From assembly GCA_002633005.1 (NCBI GenBank), contig NMRA01000009.1, positions 466,929 to 516,028 on the forward strand: a stretch of 49,100 nucleotides of DNA. Reading direction: 5' to 3'. This document shows positions 24,342 to 37,478 of this stretch, piece by piece. A program made the translations under genes and the position numbers. The notes under the pieces were generated by a model. That model searched no databases and was not told the origin of the DNA. It saw only the letters and a list, made by a program, of their open reading frames with translations. This DNA comes from Phoronis australis (lineage: Eukaryota; Animalia; Phoronida). Each line of letters opens with the position of its first letter. Position 1 is the first letter of the stretch.

Positions 24342-25459
24342 TTTTCATGCGCCCACATATTTATATGTGAATGCATTATACTGTCATCCACGTCCCTCCG
24401 GGCGGCGTCCGTCTGGTGTCCGCTGCTCTATATTCAAAACCCTTTGACATATGTTCATGAAATTTTGCACATAATTATGTTCCTTTCATCGATAGAACAG
24501 CATCAGCGAACCTTCGGACGGATCGGACTATCGTTTTGCCCCCTAGTGGCAATTTTAGTTTTTACGCTTACCTCTGTATCTTTAAAGGTCTTCAACAGAT
24601 TTTCATAAAATTGGCGTATAGGTATCTATTAGTGAGATGACACTCTCCTCCCGTTTTCAGATGAATTCAAGGTATTTTGTGCCACCCAGTACCGTAGCCA
24701 TTTTCATGCACCCACATATTTATATGTGAACGCATTATGCCGTCATCTCCATCCGTCCGGCGTCTGTCCCTCCGGCATCTGCTGCTCTATTTCCAATACG
24801 TTCATAAAATTTGGCACATATGTTCCTTTGATGGATGGGACAACATGAGCGAATTTCTGGACGGATCCGACTACCGGTGTGCCCCCTAGTGGCAATTTTA
24901 CTTTTTTGCGCTTACCTCTCCGTCCTCAACGTATTTTCATAAAATTTGGTGTACAGGCATCTATTAGTGAGATGACACTATCCTTTCGTTTTCGGATGGA
25001 TTCGACGAAGTTTGCTCCACCTAGTGGCCATTTTTGCTGTTTTCGAGTCTATTTTTGGGCGTCCACCCCTCTGTCAACCAAACCGCTCTGAGGATGATTG
25101 TGAAAATTTGCATGTATGTTCTTACTATGAAACGGACGGCTTACGATGATTTTCCGACGATTTCGCCTACTGTGGCGCCTCTTAGTAGCAGTTTTTATTT
25201 GCGCCCATGGCTGTATCTCCTAAACCCTCTGTAGGATCTTTACTAAATTTAGCAAGTGTATTTATATAAAGTTGACAATGGATGACAACAACTTTCGGAC
25301 AGATCTGACTACTGATGTGCCCTCTAGTGGCAATTTTAGTTTTTACGTTTACCTCTATACCTTCAAAGGTCCTCAACGGATTTTCATATAGGCATGTATT
25401 GGTGAGATGACGCTATCCTTTTACTTTCGGATGGATTCGAGGTGTTTTGCACCATCTAG
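24342..25459 (+). mobile_element. Two truncated or nested Helentron-associated (HINE/DINE-1-like) elements, with starts at 24342 and 24701
   Basis: Both begin TTTTCATGC(G/A)CCCACATATTTATATGTG, followed by GTCC-type microsatellite and the same ~145-bp internal repeats as 28276-29567. Confidence 0.75.
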
Positions 25460-26240
25460 CAGGCCTTCATGCAGCGTACGTCGTGGGCGTCCAAATGGAC
25501 GCCCTAGCACTAATGTGGACACTCTGGCAAGGACGCCCAATGTATCATTTGGACGCCCTGTCAATCAGAATTTCTCCAGTTTGGACACCCACATTGTAAG
25601 ATTACTAAGACTCCCAGTTAATCAAAGAGAGAAGTTGGCCCTTTCAACTCAGAAAGAAATATACAATGTATTTCAAATGTTGCAATGTTCAAACTATTTT
25701 CAAAGTATTTGGTAGACCTGTCAATCATTAGCAGGTGTTTGGTTGCCAGAGTGTCTGCTTTCAGTAGGCTCATGTGCCACCGCCATTCTGTACTTTATAT
25801 AGGGACACGGACCTTGCTCAACTCCAAACTGGTGTTTCAGAGCTGTAGTTTCATCTACTTCATCTTTTTTTGAAAACACCAGAAGCGAAATAAATGTCAT
25901 TATTTTAATAATATGATGTGCAGCTAGAATATCCCATTTAAAATGTTTGAGTTTTCGCCCGTTTCATGCTTTTGTATGTGCGTCTAAAATGGAGCAGCAG
26001 TGACACCTGTTGCCAAAATATAAACCACACATCATCTGTGCATTTTTCTTTTGTTGGTAACTGCAGCTTTGATGACTCATTGTACTGAATATAAAGCTAG
26101 TGAAGTTGATATAATAAACTTTATAACAGAATTTGACTTGAGATGACCAAAAACAGTGCACTCATCGTTCAACCAATATCTGTAATATCTGTAATACCTG
26201 TTTGGTAAGCTTTTTGGCTGTTTTCGTAAATTTAAACATA
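25460..26240. mobile_element. Probable end of a further DNA transposon inserted into the HINE, running into the gap
   Basis: HINE homology stops abruptly at CAGGCCTTCATGCAGCG, followed by repeated GGACGCCC/GGGCGTCC motifs. The opposite end is not visible. Confidence 0.45.
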
Positions 26241-27108
26241 NNNNNNNNNNNNNNNNNNNNNNNNNNNNNNNNNNNNNNNNNNNNNNNNNNNNNNNNNNNN
26301 NNNNNNNNNNNNNNNNNNNNNNNNNNNNNNNNNNNNNNNNNNNNNNNNNNNNNNNNNNNNNNNNNNNNNNNNNNNNNNNNNNNNNNNNNNNNNNNNNNNN
26401 NNNNNNNNNNNNNNNNNNNNNNNNNNNNNNNNNNNNNNNNNNNNNNNNNNNNNNNNNNNNNNNNNNNNNNNNNNNNNNNNNNNNNNNNNNNNNNNNNNNN
26501 NNNNNNNNNNNNNNNNNNNNNNNNNNNNNNNNNNNNNNNNNNNNNNNNNNNNNNNNNNNNNNNNNNNNNNNNNNNNNNNNNNNNNNNNNNNNNNNNNNNN
26601 NNNNNNNNNNNNNNNNNNNNNNNNNNNNNNNNNNNNNNNNNNNNNNNNNNNNNNNNNNNNNNNNNNNNNNNNNNNNNNNNNNNNNNNNNNNNNNNNNNNN
26701 NNNNNNNNNNNNNNNNNNNNNNNNNNNNNNNNNNNNNNNNNNNNNNNNNNNNNNNNNNNNNNNNNNNNNNNNNNNNNNNNNNNNNNNNNNNNNNNNNNNN
26801 NNNNNNNNNNNNNNNNNNNNNNNNNNNNNNNNNNNNNNNNNNNNNNNNNNNNNNNNNNNNNNNNNNNNNNNNNNNNNNNNNNNNNNNNNNNNNNNNNNNN
26901 NNNNNNNNNNNNNNNNNNNNNNNNNNNNNNNNNNNNNNNNNNNNNNNNNNNNNNNNNNNNNNNNNNNNNNNNNNNNNNNNNNNNNNNNNNNNNNNNNNNN
27001 NNNNNNNNNNNNNNNNNNNNNNNNNNNNNNNNNNNNNNNNNNNNNNNNNNNNNNNNNNNNNNNNNNNNNNNNNNNNNNNNNNNNNNNNNNNNNNNNNNNN
27101 NNNNNNNN
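26241..27108. other. Assembly gap
   Basis: N-run. Confidence 1.
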
Positions 27109-27369
27109 TTTTTTGTGAACATTTTTGTTCTTTGACTGCGAATTTCTTACGAAGTCGCCGGAACAGGACACCGTGAATGGTATTGGGAGAAAGAACAATT
27201 CTTCATGGTTTGTTGAACCTCTGTTTTGTGTAAATTTATTGAGTTTTATGTTTGCTATGGACGGTTGAAGTGAAGCACCCGTGGAATTTCTAGTCAGGAG
27301 TGTCCTACCTTGTAGTATTATATGTAGTGTATTGGGGACGATCAGAAGCTGAGGACGCCTGTGCATTGT

Positions 27370-28225
27370 ATCTAAAGAAATTACCACAAGCAGTAGGCCT
27401 AAAGCAGAACATGTTTCATTCAGCACTTGCCAGTCTCGTGCTAAAAACGTTCGACATTTGTCTCGGTTAAGCCCATTTTAGTCACTGTGTGGCTGGATGC
27501 ACATGTGACTATCTGACAGTTATTTTTCAATGTAAGGGTGTGTAAGCATTCACTGTCAGTTGTCATTTTGTTGGATAATTTGGATAATTACCAATTATGA
27601 TTAATTAAACAATCCCTGTTAAAAATAACGCAAACATTTTTATAGTATTAGAAGTTGTCGGATATTAGTGCCAATACTCATTTTTTGCCGATGCTATGCT
27701 TCCCGTTTCATGAATGGATAGTTCCCAACTGATGTCTTTGATGACAGGTATATGTATGTAGCGCGCGCTTCCTGGCCAAGTTTTTTATTAGTCTTCGATT
27801 CGCAGATTTCACGTGTTCAAAGAAATTTGGATTCCTGTTGAGGGCGTGAAATATCTACAATACAATCCTGTTGACAAGTACCGTACACTACGTCTGTTCT
27901 GAAAGGCCAGACCATAGTGGGACACATTCCTTGCAAGATAAGCAAAACTTTTGTGTTCGTTTTGAGGCACGACGAAAGTTTGAAGTGTATTGTCGCTGCT
28001 TAATACCGACATAGCGGCGAGACTCGTGGTCTACAAATTCTGCGCACAATGATTTTTTTAGGACTGTCTGATATTATTGATAAATTGAAGACGTTAATGT
28101 AGAATTTTAGGACTCTAGGTAAGGCATTTGTCACTCGTTCATGGGCTGGGCGCTTATTTTAGCGAAGTCTGAAAAGGTGTGGGTGGTGCTTATAGGGGAA
28201 TGGGCGGTTATTAGGGCAAATACGG
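27370..28225. mobile_element. Tc2/pogo-like family B relative, right portion
   Basis: Homologous to ~9265-10050. Ends GGGCGGTTATTAGGGCAAATACGG|TA. Left end not seen. Confidence 0.8.
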
Positions 28226-28275
28226 TAGTAGTAATAGTCGTAGTTATGGCTATGCAAATGCCAGCATGGACTGTG

Positions 28276-29567
28276 TTTTTATGCGCCCACATATTTATAT
28301 GTGGACGCATCATGCCGTCATCTCTGTCCGTTCGTCTGTCCATCCGGGCTGCGTCCGTCCGGCGTCTACTGCTCTATCTCCAAAACCCTTTGACATACGT
28401 TCATGAAATTTGACACATATGCTCCATTCATGAATGGGACAGCATGACCGAACTTTCGGAAACAGATCCGACTACCAGTGTGCCCCCTAGTGGCAATTTT
28501 AGTTTTTTACGCTTACCTTTGTATCTTCATAAGTCTTGAACGGATTTTCATGAAATTTGGTATGTAGGCACCTATTAGTGAGATGACGCTATCCTCTTGT
28601 TTTCCGATGGATTCGACGTAGTTTGCGCCACCTAGTGGCCATTTTTACTGTTTTTGAGTGTTTTGCGTCCACCCCGCTATCAATCAAACTGCTCAAAGGA
28701 TGATTGTTAAAATTGGCATGTATGTGCTTACTATGAAGAGGACATTTGACGATGATTTTCCGACGATTTCGACTTCTGTGGCGCCTCCTAGTGGCAGTTT
28801 TGTTTTTGTTGCGCCTATGGCTGTATCTCGTAAACCGTTCGCAGGCTCTTTACTTAATTTAGCAAGTATATTTATATAATGCTGACTACGGATGACGATG
28901 ACTTTCGGACAGATCTGATTACTGCTGTGCCCCCTAGTGGCAATTTTAGTTTTTTACGTTTAAGTCAGTATCTTCAAAGGTCCTTAACAGATTTTCATAG
29001 AATTTTAAACATAGGCATCTATTGGTGTGATAACGCTACCTTCCTGTTTTTGGATGGAATCGAGGTATGTTGCACCATCTAGTGGCCATTTTTGCTGTTT
29101 TCAAATCTTGTTTTTGTTGTCCACCACTGTATCAACCAAATCATTTGAAAATTGGCATATATGTTCTCAGTGCGAAGACGACCTTTGATGATGGTGACTG
29201 ACGACTGTGGCGCCTCCTAGTGGTAGTTGTGTTTTGCGCCCATAGTTGTATCTCTTAAACCCACTGCAGGATCTTTACTAAATTTAGTAAGTGTATTTAT
29301 ATGAAGATAACAACGGACGACGACTTTCAGGCGGATCCAACAGCCACTGTGTCCACTAGTGGCAATTTCATTTTATTCTGTTTTCCTTTGTTTCTCTGAA
29401 GTTCCCTGACAGATTTTTATGAAATGTGGCATGTTCCTGTGTTTGGATGGATTGTATGTTTTTGCGCCATCTAGTGGCCATTTTTATGGTACAAATAATT
29501 AACCTTAAAAGCACACCATTTGCAATGCATTCGTGGGCGCATTTCAATGCTCTGCGTTGCTCTTGTT
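28276..29567 (+). mobile_element. Full-length HINE/DINE-1-like element
   Basis: T-run insertion. 5' subTIR ATGCGCCCAC with a local inverted partner GTGGACGCAT, then GTCC/GTCT microsatellite and central tandem repeats. 3' subTIR GTGGGCGCAT, 3' hairpin CAATGC..GCGTTG, end CTCTTGTT. Confidence 0.8.
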
Positions 29568-29978
29568 AAATTTCATATACCGTAAATGCATAGTTTGCCA
29601 ACATGTTTGTTTAAATTATAAATGATAAGGTCTCCACAAAACTTAATTTGTGACTAACTGTTGATGCTGAGTGGGCTTTTTAGAAGAAATTTTCTGAATA
29701 AGTGCCCAATAAGTGCCCAAAATCTAGACACTTGACCTCAGAATTAACATGGGTGTTTCATGGGGTGGGCTTATCTTTGAAAAATCCCAGTAGTAGGTTG
29801 AAACCTATGGCATGGGAGCTGTGGGTGGCACTGAACACCTGTCCACCAAAAAACCTGATTGGCATCTGATGGGAATTTTGAAAATCAGATGCTCATCGTT
29901 GCTTAAACCACCGTTTACTTTTGTATTGTTTGAGTTTAGTCAGTTCATTGCAGCTACCACCTACTTTTTAGTTCACGT

Positions 29979-30358
29979 CAAGTTGAACTAATGTCATGTT
30001 GTTATATGTTGAGCAAGTTGAGCTACTGTAAAGTTATTATATATTGAGCAAGTTGAGCTACTACCGTTAATATATATCGAGCAAGTTGAATTACTATCAC
30101 GGTATATATTGAGCAAGTTGAGCTACTGGAACGTTACTATATATGGAGCAAGTTGAACTACTGTAACGTTATTATATATTGAGCAAGATGAACTACTGTC
30201 GTGTTATTATATATTGAGCAAGTTCAACTACTGTAACGGTATTATATATTGAGCAAGTTGAACTATTGTACCGTTATATATTGAGCAAGTTAAACTACTG
30301 TAACGTTATTATATATTGAGCAAGTTGAATTACAGTCATGTTATTATATACTGAGCAA
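29979..30358. repeat. ~32-35-bp minisatellite (ATTATATATTGAGCAAGTTGAACTACTGTAACGTT)n
   Basis: About 11 tandem copies. Confidence 0.9.
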
Positions 30359-31049
30359 CATCTCTTTAAACCCACGTCCACATCATTTTTCAAGTTTCAA
30401 TACTTGTCTGGTCTTTAATGAGAGTTGAGGTAAAACTCAACATGTTGATGGTCTTGTATTGATTTTAGAGTGAAACCATGTAATCCAGCATTTCTAGTAA
30501 TTATTCAAACCAGTTAATGGATCACTCGTATGTGTAATCAATATTTCATCTCCTACTTGTTATTCTTTTGATGAAGAAATTTAATTTCAATTTAATTAAA
30601 TTACTCCATTTCAGCAGTCTTTGATGGCACTGTATTCTCTTTGTTTGATAAAGTTGTAGTGTAAACTTCAATTTTGTTACATTTGTAACATACAGGGTGG
30701 TTGAAAAGTAACATGGCATTAAAACTTGCTTCTCGTGGTTGTTACCTCTGAAGGTGTACTGTAAACAGTTTTTGCAGCAATATAATGAGATTTCTTAAAT
30801 TTCAGATTGTGTTAATACTATTTATGGTGTTATGGGCATGTTTTCACGATGGTTTGTGGCTTGACTGTTCATGAATAAACTATAGCAGCGTGCCATGAAG
30901 TGTTGAGGTTCAGAGTTCGTGGTGAACATGGAAAAGTCTGCAGACAGCAAGTTGTCTTAAACAGCGGAGTGTACACATCATAGCATGCTGCTGTCATATA
31001 GCTCTCTCCTAAATTGTCAAGCAAATGGTCAGCTACGAAAACATTACTT

Positions 31050-31157
31050 TGGTGCCATAAGCAATTACACCATATATACCATTACCATGGTGCCATAAGC
31101 AATTACACCATGTATACCATTACCATAAGCAATTACACCATGCATACCATTACCATC
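31050..31157. repeat. Short tandem repeat (CCATAAGCAATTACACCATGTATACCATTA) x3
   Basis: Direct tandem copies. Confidence 0.8.
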
Positions 31158-31537
31158 ATTTGCAAAATACAAGAAATCCCCTTTAGTGTTGTCAGTTTAA
31201 AAATTGTTTTCATGATTTAAGCGATACAAAAACTAGAATCAAATTTTACGTCTTCTTTTCACATGCCCAAATGTGTGGTGACCAGTGTTATGTACCATGT
31301 TTCCATATGCTTTAACGAAGGCCTGTGTCCCTGATTAACACTCGCGTTTAGTCTTCCCCCGATTTTTGAGAAATTTTACTTTTTAAAGCAACCGTTGATA
31401 TGTTGCATTCATTTTAATACACACCCCTTGGTTTTGTAGCTTTGTCATTTAAACATAGCCTTAATTAGAACAGGTTCCATATTTGTCTGGTATTTCATAG
31501 AATGTTTTTGATGCGAAGGCTGGTATATTGTTTTCAG

Positions 31538-31659
31538 ATGACAATTACTTGGCGGGTGCAGCAAGTGGGAACGTAGACAGTCCTATGTCTGTTGATGTTA
31601 CACAGGATGCCGAGGCCAAGAAACTGCAGCAAGAGGAATGGAGGGCTGAGTTGAAGAAA
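31538..31659 (+). CDS. TPD52: TPD52-family exon: (D)DNYLAGAASGNVDSPMSVDVTQDAEAKKLQQEEWRAELKK
   Basis: Acceptor TTGTTTTCAG| and donor AAA|GTAGGT. EEWRAELKK corresponds to the D52 coiled-coil start (EELRRELAK-like). Phase-0 join to the next exon. Confidence 0.9.
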
Positions 31660-31821
31660 GTAGGTCAATTTAACCTGCTTGATCTGATCATTTTCTGTCA
31701 AAAAGAAACTTAAATCTGGCAATTTATCGTCGAAGCTCTGTTTCTGATCAGCTTGTTCATCACTGAGACTGGAAAGGATTTTTGGGTTTGGGAAACCACT
31801 TGGGAGAACTTTAGGAAATTA

Positions 31822-31948
31822 AAGTTAAGTCACTCAGAGATCGTGTTCTTTTGTAAAGTAATTCACTCAGAGACTGTGTTCTTGTGTAAAGTAATTCACT
31901 TAGGAATTGTGTTCTTGTGTAAAGTAATCCACTCATATACTGTGTTCC
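31822..31948. repeat. 33-bp tandem repeat (AAAGTAATTCACTCAGAGACTGTGTTCTTGTGT) x4
   Basis: Direct tandem copies. Confidence 0.85.
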
Positions 31949-32097
31949 TGCTGTTGTTACTATCTCCATCAGAGACTATGAAATTTTTTTTTCTTATCAA
32001 TTACGGAATTCTTCTTAACTTTTGTTACATGGATTAGAGGGGATTTCTTGATTTGGAATGAACTTAGGTTCGTTATTGCTTTAAATGAGGCTGAACA

Positions 32098-32324
32098 AGT
32101 TTGCTGGTCATGTGCTGAACATAGTTTGCTGGCCATGTGCTCAGCATAGTCTGCTGGCCATTTGCTCAGCATAGTTTGCTGGCCATGTGCTGAGCAGTTT
32201 TCTGGCCATGTGCTGAGCATAGTTTGCTGGCCATGTGCTGAGCATAGTTTGCTGGTCATGTGCTGAGCATAGTTTGCTGGCCATGTGCTCAGCATAGTCT
32301 GCTAGCCTTGTGCTCACCATAGTC
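32098..32324. repeat. 25-bp minisatellite (GTTTGCTGGCCATGTGCTGAGCATA)n
   Basis: About 9 tandem copies. Confidence 0.95.
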
Positions 32325-32455
32325 TTCAACAACAAGGAACTTTCCAAGCACAGAAACTACTTTTCTTCTGAAAGCAAAAGCGTTGATACATATCAAAATT
32401 AGTTTCTTTGGCAAAACATAGTTTTGTAGCCACTTTTTAAGCAATAATAGACCTT

Positions 32456-33763
32456 CAGAGGTCACAGCAGACATCAGATTTATGGTTACAGTCTCGTACT
32501 AGCTGCTAAGTTCATAGTCAGAGAGCAGTTTTAAAGTTGGTTGTAATAAAAGTTTGAACACCTTAATTCAGATGTTTTTTGTGTTTGGGATGTTTAAAAT
32601 CAACACTCCGTGACTCAATGACATTTTCAGCGCATGGTTCTGTGGCTTGCTGTTTTATCTCGACTGCCCGGCATTGCTCACTTGCCGTTGCGCCAAACAT
32701 GCTCGGCAAAGAAGTAGGCCCAAGACAAGAATCGGGGTTAAGCGGCCGTGTGCCACTCGTCAATCAAGAATAAAATTTCGAGCCACGGCATAAATATGTG
32801 ATAAAACGCTACAAAACAGCGATGTTTCAATTCATAAACGATCCTTACCAAACTTCGTGATGGAAAAACATTTATTTTTTATGCAAGATGTCCAGATTAT
32901 CCTATTTATATCACTTGCAATATCGCACTGCGGCACTGTTCGGTCCCGTTATTAGCGCGCAATGTCTCAGTCGGCTGACAATCGTGACTTGGAAATGCCG
33001 TCAAGTAATATAACGGCCTCTTTCAATATGCATCTCGTTTTTTATGGCCAAAGATAGCGGCAGGATTCAGCACGCGCGTAGGGCCTACGTGCGAGTCACC
33101 TGTCAATCACATGTTGGTGTCAAGGTAACATGCACTCCAAAGTGTGGGAACTTGCGCGCGTGCACCACTACAAAGTCACACGTCAAAATAGAATAGCGAC
33201 AGTCCTAAGTAACAGAATCGGGCGTGACTATATACTTTTAACCATTGTCTCATTTCTCTGGCCTGATTTTTTGGAATATATGTTTTATCAAGAGCACTGC
33301 AGACGAAAACTCAGCAAGGCAGACAAAGTCTCTGAAAGCGGAGGTTTTGACGCCGGCGGCATTCTTAAACTTTGCAAACATGGGAAGAAAATAAAGTGAC
33401 AAAAACGTTCAAGTATTATATTTTGAAGTGATTCCATGACCCAAGACAATAACTCGTTACTTGTATAATTGCAATTCACGTTGCTAAACCACCGTCTCGG
33501 AGGCCCGGCGTCGTTGCGCTCATTGTGATCATCGATCTTTTTCTAAAAGTCGAGGAATCGCGCGTTTCCTTAGCACTGGGCGCTAAATCTTCATTCTTTA
33601 AAAGTCGGGGATGAGCGCTTAACCGAGAGGTGGGCGCTTAACTGGAAATCTTCAAAAATCGCAGGGGGCGCTTAACCGAGCAGTGGGCGGTTAAATCGAA
33701 AATCCACCTAAAGCAGGGGGTGGGCGGTTAACTGAGCATGGGCGTTAACCCGAACATTTACGG
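32456..33763. mobile_element. Tc2/pogo-like element, family A, copy 3 (left end truncated)
   Basis: Colinear with 2974-4928 except for a missing ~620-bp internal block. Right TIR ...GGGCGTTAACCCGAACATTTACGG|TA. Confidence 0.9.
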
Positions 33764-33846
33764 TATACATTGTGTGGTTGGCTTACTGTGATGAATACTG
33801 TGCCTTCTTTTGTTTAGTGGTTCATTAATGTGATAATTGGTTTTAG

Positions 33847-33995
33847 ACGGAGGAGGAGATTGCCACATTACGCCAGGTGCTATCTAGTAAATTACGCCAC
33901 TCGACAGAACTCAAGCGAAAACTTGGAATTACAGTGGTAGAGGAGTTCAAGCAAGATGCCCAGCACTTAGCTCATCAAATTCAGGACTCAACAGC
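33847..33995 (+). CDS. TPD52: TPD52-family exon: TEEEIATLRQVLSSKLRHSTELKRKLGITVVEEFKQDAQHLAHQIQDSTA
   Basis: Acceptor TTTTAG| and donor GC|GTAAGT, 149 nt. EEEIxTLRQVL...ELKRKLG is the hallmark D52 coiled-coil motif. Confidence 0.95.
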
Positions 33996-33997
33996 GT

Positions 33998-34460
33998 AAG
34001 TGATATAGTTGTAATATAACTGTCACGGTCAAGTGATATAGTTCTAATATAGCTGTCACGGTCAAGTGATATAATTCTAATATAACTGTCACGGTCAAGG
34101 GATATAGTTTTAAGATAACTGTCATGGTCAAGTGATATAGTTCTAATAGCTGTCACGGTCAAGTGATACAATTCTAATATAACTGTCACTGTCAAGTGAT
34201 GTAGTTCTCTAATATAACTGTCACGGTCAAGTGATGTAGTTCTAATATAACTGTCACGGTCAAGTGATATAATTCTAATATAACTGTCACGGTCAAGTGA
34301 TATAATTCTAATATAGCTGTCACGATCAAGTGATACTATTCTAATATAACTGTCACGGTCAAATGATATAATTCTAATATAACTGTTAGGGTCAAGTGAT
34401 ACAATTCTAATATAACTGTTAGGGTCAAGTGATATAATTCTAATATAACTGTTACGGTCA
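33998..34460. repeat. 33-bp minisatellite (AAGTGATATAATTCTAATATAACTGTCACGGTC)n
   Basis: About 14 tandem copies starting inside the splice donor. Confidence 0.95.
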
Positions 34461-37400
34461 TGGACAGTTCTGGATAACATGTTTCTGTATACTTTCTGCC
34501 TTGATAGTTAGATGTATTGTGATTTTCATCCAAGCTCAAGCTAAGTGTGGCCTAGGAGCTGAGTCTTCACATTCAATACAAATTTCCCCTACCTATCAAA
34601 AGTATCAAAAACTTCTCAGCCTCCTTCAAGATCATGGACACACAGCTTGCCTAGAGGATTATCAGGTCATTATACTGGTTTAACAGGCTCTTCCCCTCAA
34701 GTTCCTGAGAAAAAAAAACAGGTTGACTTCACTCTTAAAGATCCTGTGCTGAAGGGTCCCCTTGAGCCGTAATCAGGTGATCAAAGCAATAATCCCAGCA
34801 GTGTGGCCAACTGAACACATTGAACTTGTTGTCTATCTTTAAACTTGCATTGTATCAAAGTTGGGGGTTCTATGCTTGTATATGTGTATCAACAGAAGGA
34901 AGTCGTCTGTTGACGGAAGAAACAAGTACCATCACAATTTTGTGATGAAGTCATAGCCATGATTCTTTAGGTTTTGTTTTTTACAGGAAGCTTTCATTTA
35001 GTGGGGACTTGGGGACTCTGAAATATTTCAAGATTGGATTCAAGAGGCTCTTTATTTTAAGACCTCACCTCAAGGGATTATTCTAGTTGAACCACTTGGG
35101 AATATTTAGATATTGAAATTAAGTAATATGTGATATGCTAAATGTTTTCTTCTTTGCTGTTATCAAATTACAAAGCTTTTTGAGCACAATGTTGTACCTC
35201 GGTCGAAATCAGAAAAATAATTGACTTTTCTCTTCTTTCCATGACATGAGCTCCCTGTACGTCAATTCAGGAATGATTTTGAATGACAGTCGTGTTTCCC
35301 TGGAAAACCATGTTGATATCATCTGAGCGTAAAACTTGTTATTTTGTTTGGTGGATTTTGATTCACATTTTGGCTCATGTCATACAAATTTTGTTGTCTA
35401 TTGTCCAAATATTTAGAGATTTGTCCTGTTATTTTGCCAACAGTTGTAGGCTAAGACTGAAATATTCCCATTGTTCCCTGCCTAGTTTAGTGGGAATTAT
35501 TTTTCCCAGTCATATGTAAAATAACTTTATCCTTTTTGTCACATGACTCTGGTCTACACTATGATGTCGACCTATTGTTTTATTTGCATAATTTAAGAAG
35601 GGGTAATAAGTGAGTTACTATTGCTATTAAGTAAAATGGAGTACTTGGCATTCGCACACTGTTCATGTGAGCTAGTCACCAGGAGTCTGGTCGAAAATTG
35701 AAAATTTATTTACTTAATTCCAGTCATGTACAAACTTCAGGATTTTATGTCTCCGCTTGATAAAAATTTGCGTGTCGTTACCACCGGTAACAACGGGGGG
35801 ATTTTATTCTGTTGAAACAGCCGTTGAGTGTTTGCCTTCGCCTCCTACTTAAGGCACCATAGTTTTTCTTGGTCAATATTTTACGAAATATTCTCACCAA
35901 TTGTGTGAATATCCTTATTGTATACCACTTTTATTATTTTGCATGTTGTTGCAGTTCTGTATATGTTTACCCAACTTTGACTCTCTGTCAACACACTAAC
36001 CACAGTCGCCATGGTAGACATCCTTGTTATTCTCTTGTTCCTCAATGAATCTCACTTGCAACTTCACAGTTAATATAAAATGGGAAGGGGTCACTTGCCT
36101 TTAGATCGTTCTTGGTGCCTTTTTATGGATTTTTAGCTTATGGATCTTATATGATGACCCTGTAGTTAGTGATAGCTTCTTCATAACCCATATAACATGT
36201 AACTATGCAAAGTCTTTAGTGACATAGGTCCTTCCTCTTTGAATGTCTTCAAATGTCCTCTCGGAACATGATTGAGTCTGACTGACGTTCAAAAACACGC
36301 TGTGACACTTATGAAATCATCAAATTAACCTCATTTGCAGATGTTCACCTCTGAATGCTAATGAACATGTTATATGCTCCTGTTATATGTTGTCTAATTG
36401 GCCATTGTTTAACCTGATCTTATAAATAGGACATAATCTCAAGTCTCAATAGACAAATGCAAATTGGCAACAAAGTAGGGGTTATCATTGGGTTGCACAG
36501 CTTGCTGACATCATACTGATTTGTCATTCACAAACTTTGCAGAACCCTTGGATGTGATGTTAAAACTGCCACCTAGGTATTATTTAGCTTTGCTGTTGCA
36601 GAGGACAGACAAACCAGAAGAAATTTTCTTAGACCTAGTTTGTTGCGAGAAAAGCAAGATCCTGCAATACTTGACAAAGTCATGAGAGTGAAAAGCAAGT
36701 TTTATTGCGATTATGCTTAAGAGCATACTAAGCTGCCCTAGTAAACTGGCGACCTCTGAAGTGGGTTGGCGAAGTTGGACTGTTGAATTTTGGAGTTGAA
36801 TTATGGAGTTGAATTCGCTGTTCCCATTCCATAATCGCATATTTTTTGCTGCAAGTGCAAGCGGTCTGTGCGACTCAGCCCTGTTTTTAGATCAAACCAT
36901 TTGTGTTTGTCATAATTTTTGTGTGAAATAGACTGATATAACTCAAAAGTTATTTATTGACTTGAAAATGTTTTGAGGGTTTGTCTACTATTTATAAGAA
37001 AATCATATTTTCACAAATTAAACTGCGTTACTAGTAGAATGGCTTTGGTGAGCTTTCTTTTATCAGTAATCCAAATAAAGTCCACTATTGCCTGTCCATA
37101 GTTTAGTATTTCTGCACTCTGAGTTCATGTCCCTCATCTGGCAAATCTGTCACTTAATATTGTCTGACTTATCTATGTTGACATCTGCTCATCTAGGTAT
37201 AGCAACATACAAATGCATACGTACTTGACATGTTCTGGGTTAAGCAGCGAGTACTAAATAATTCAAAATTGTAACATTGTTCAAGCTTCTTACATTGTCT
37301 TGCATGTTAACACGTATCCTCTCTATTCAGTTCAGGGCTTCACATTTTTATGTACATATAAAGGACCTGAATAAGCTTGTATATGCTCACATTCTGAATA

Positions 37401-37478
37401 ATGTTGACATGTCCATGTATGTGAATAGAGATGAGATTCTAATATTTGTTTGATTGGTCAAAATGTTCCTGTGTCTAG

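Noticed and set aside
33947-34480. Repetitive ORFs (177 aa RIISLDRDSY repeat; also 38721-39065 and 31969-32295)
   Set aside because: They are translations of intronic minisatellites antisense to the gene, with no coding evidence.
36580-36840. - strand ORF with VASLLGQL, faintly like a DIRS RT/RNase H motif
   Set aside because: The match is too short and no other retroelement motifs or repeats lie nearby.
37197-37220. 24-nt frame-preserving segment (YSNIQMH) as a cassette exon before 37479
   Set aside because: Weak donor (GTACTT) and poor pyrimidine tract; indistinguishable from chance.
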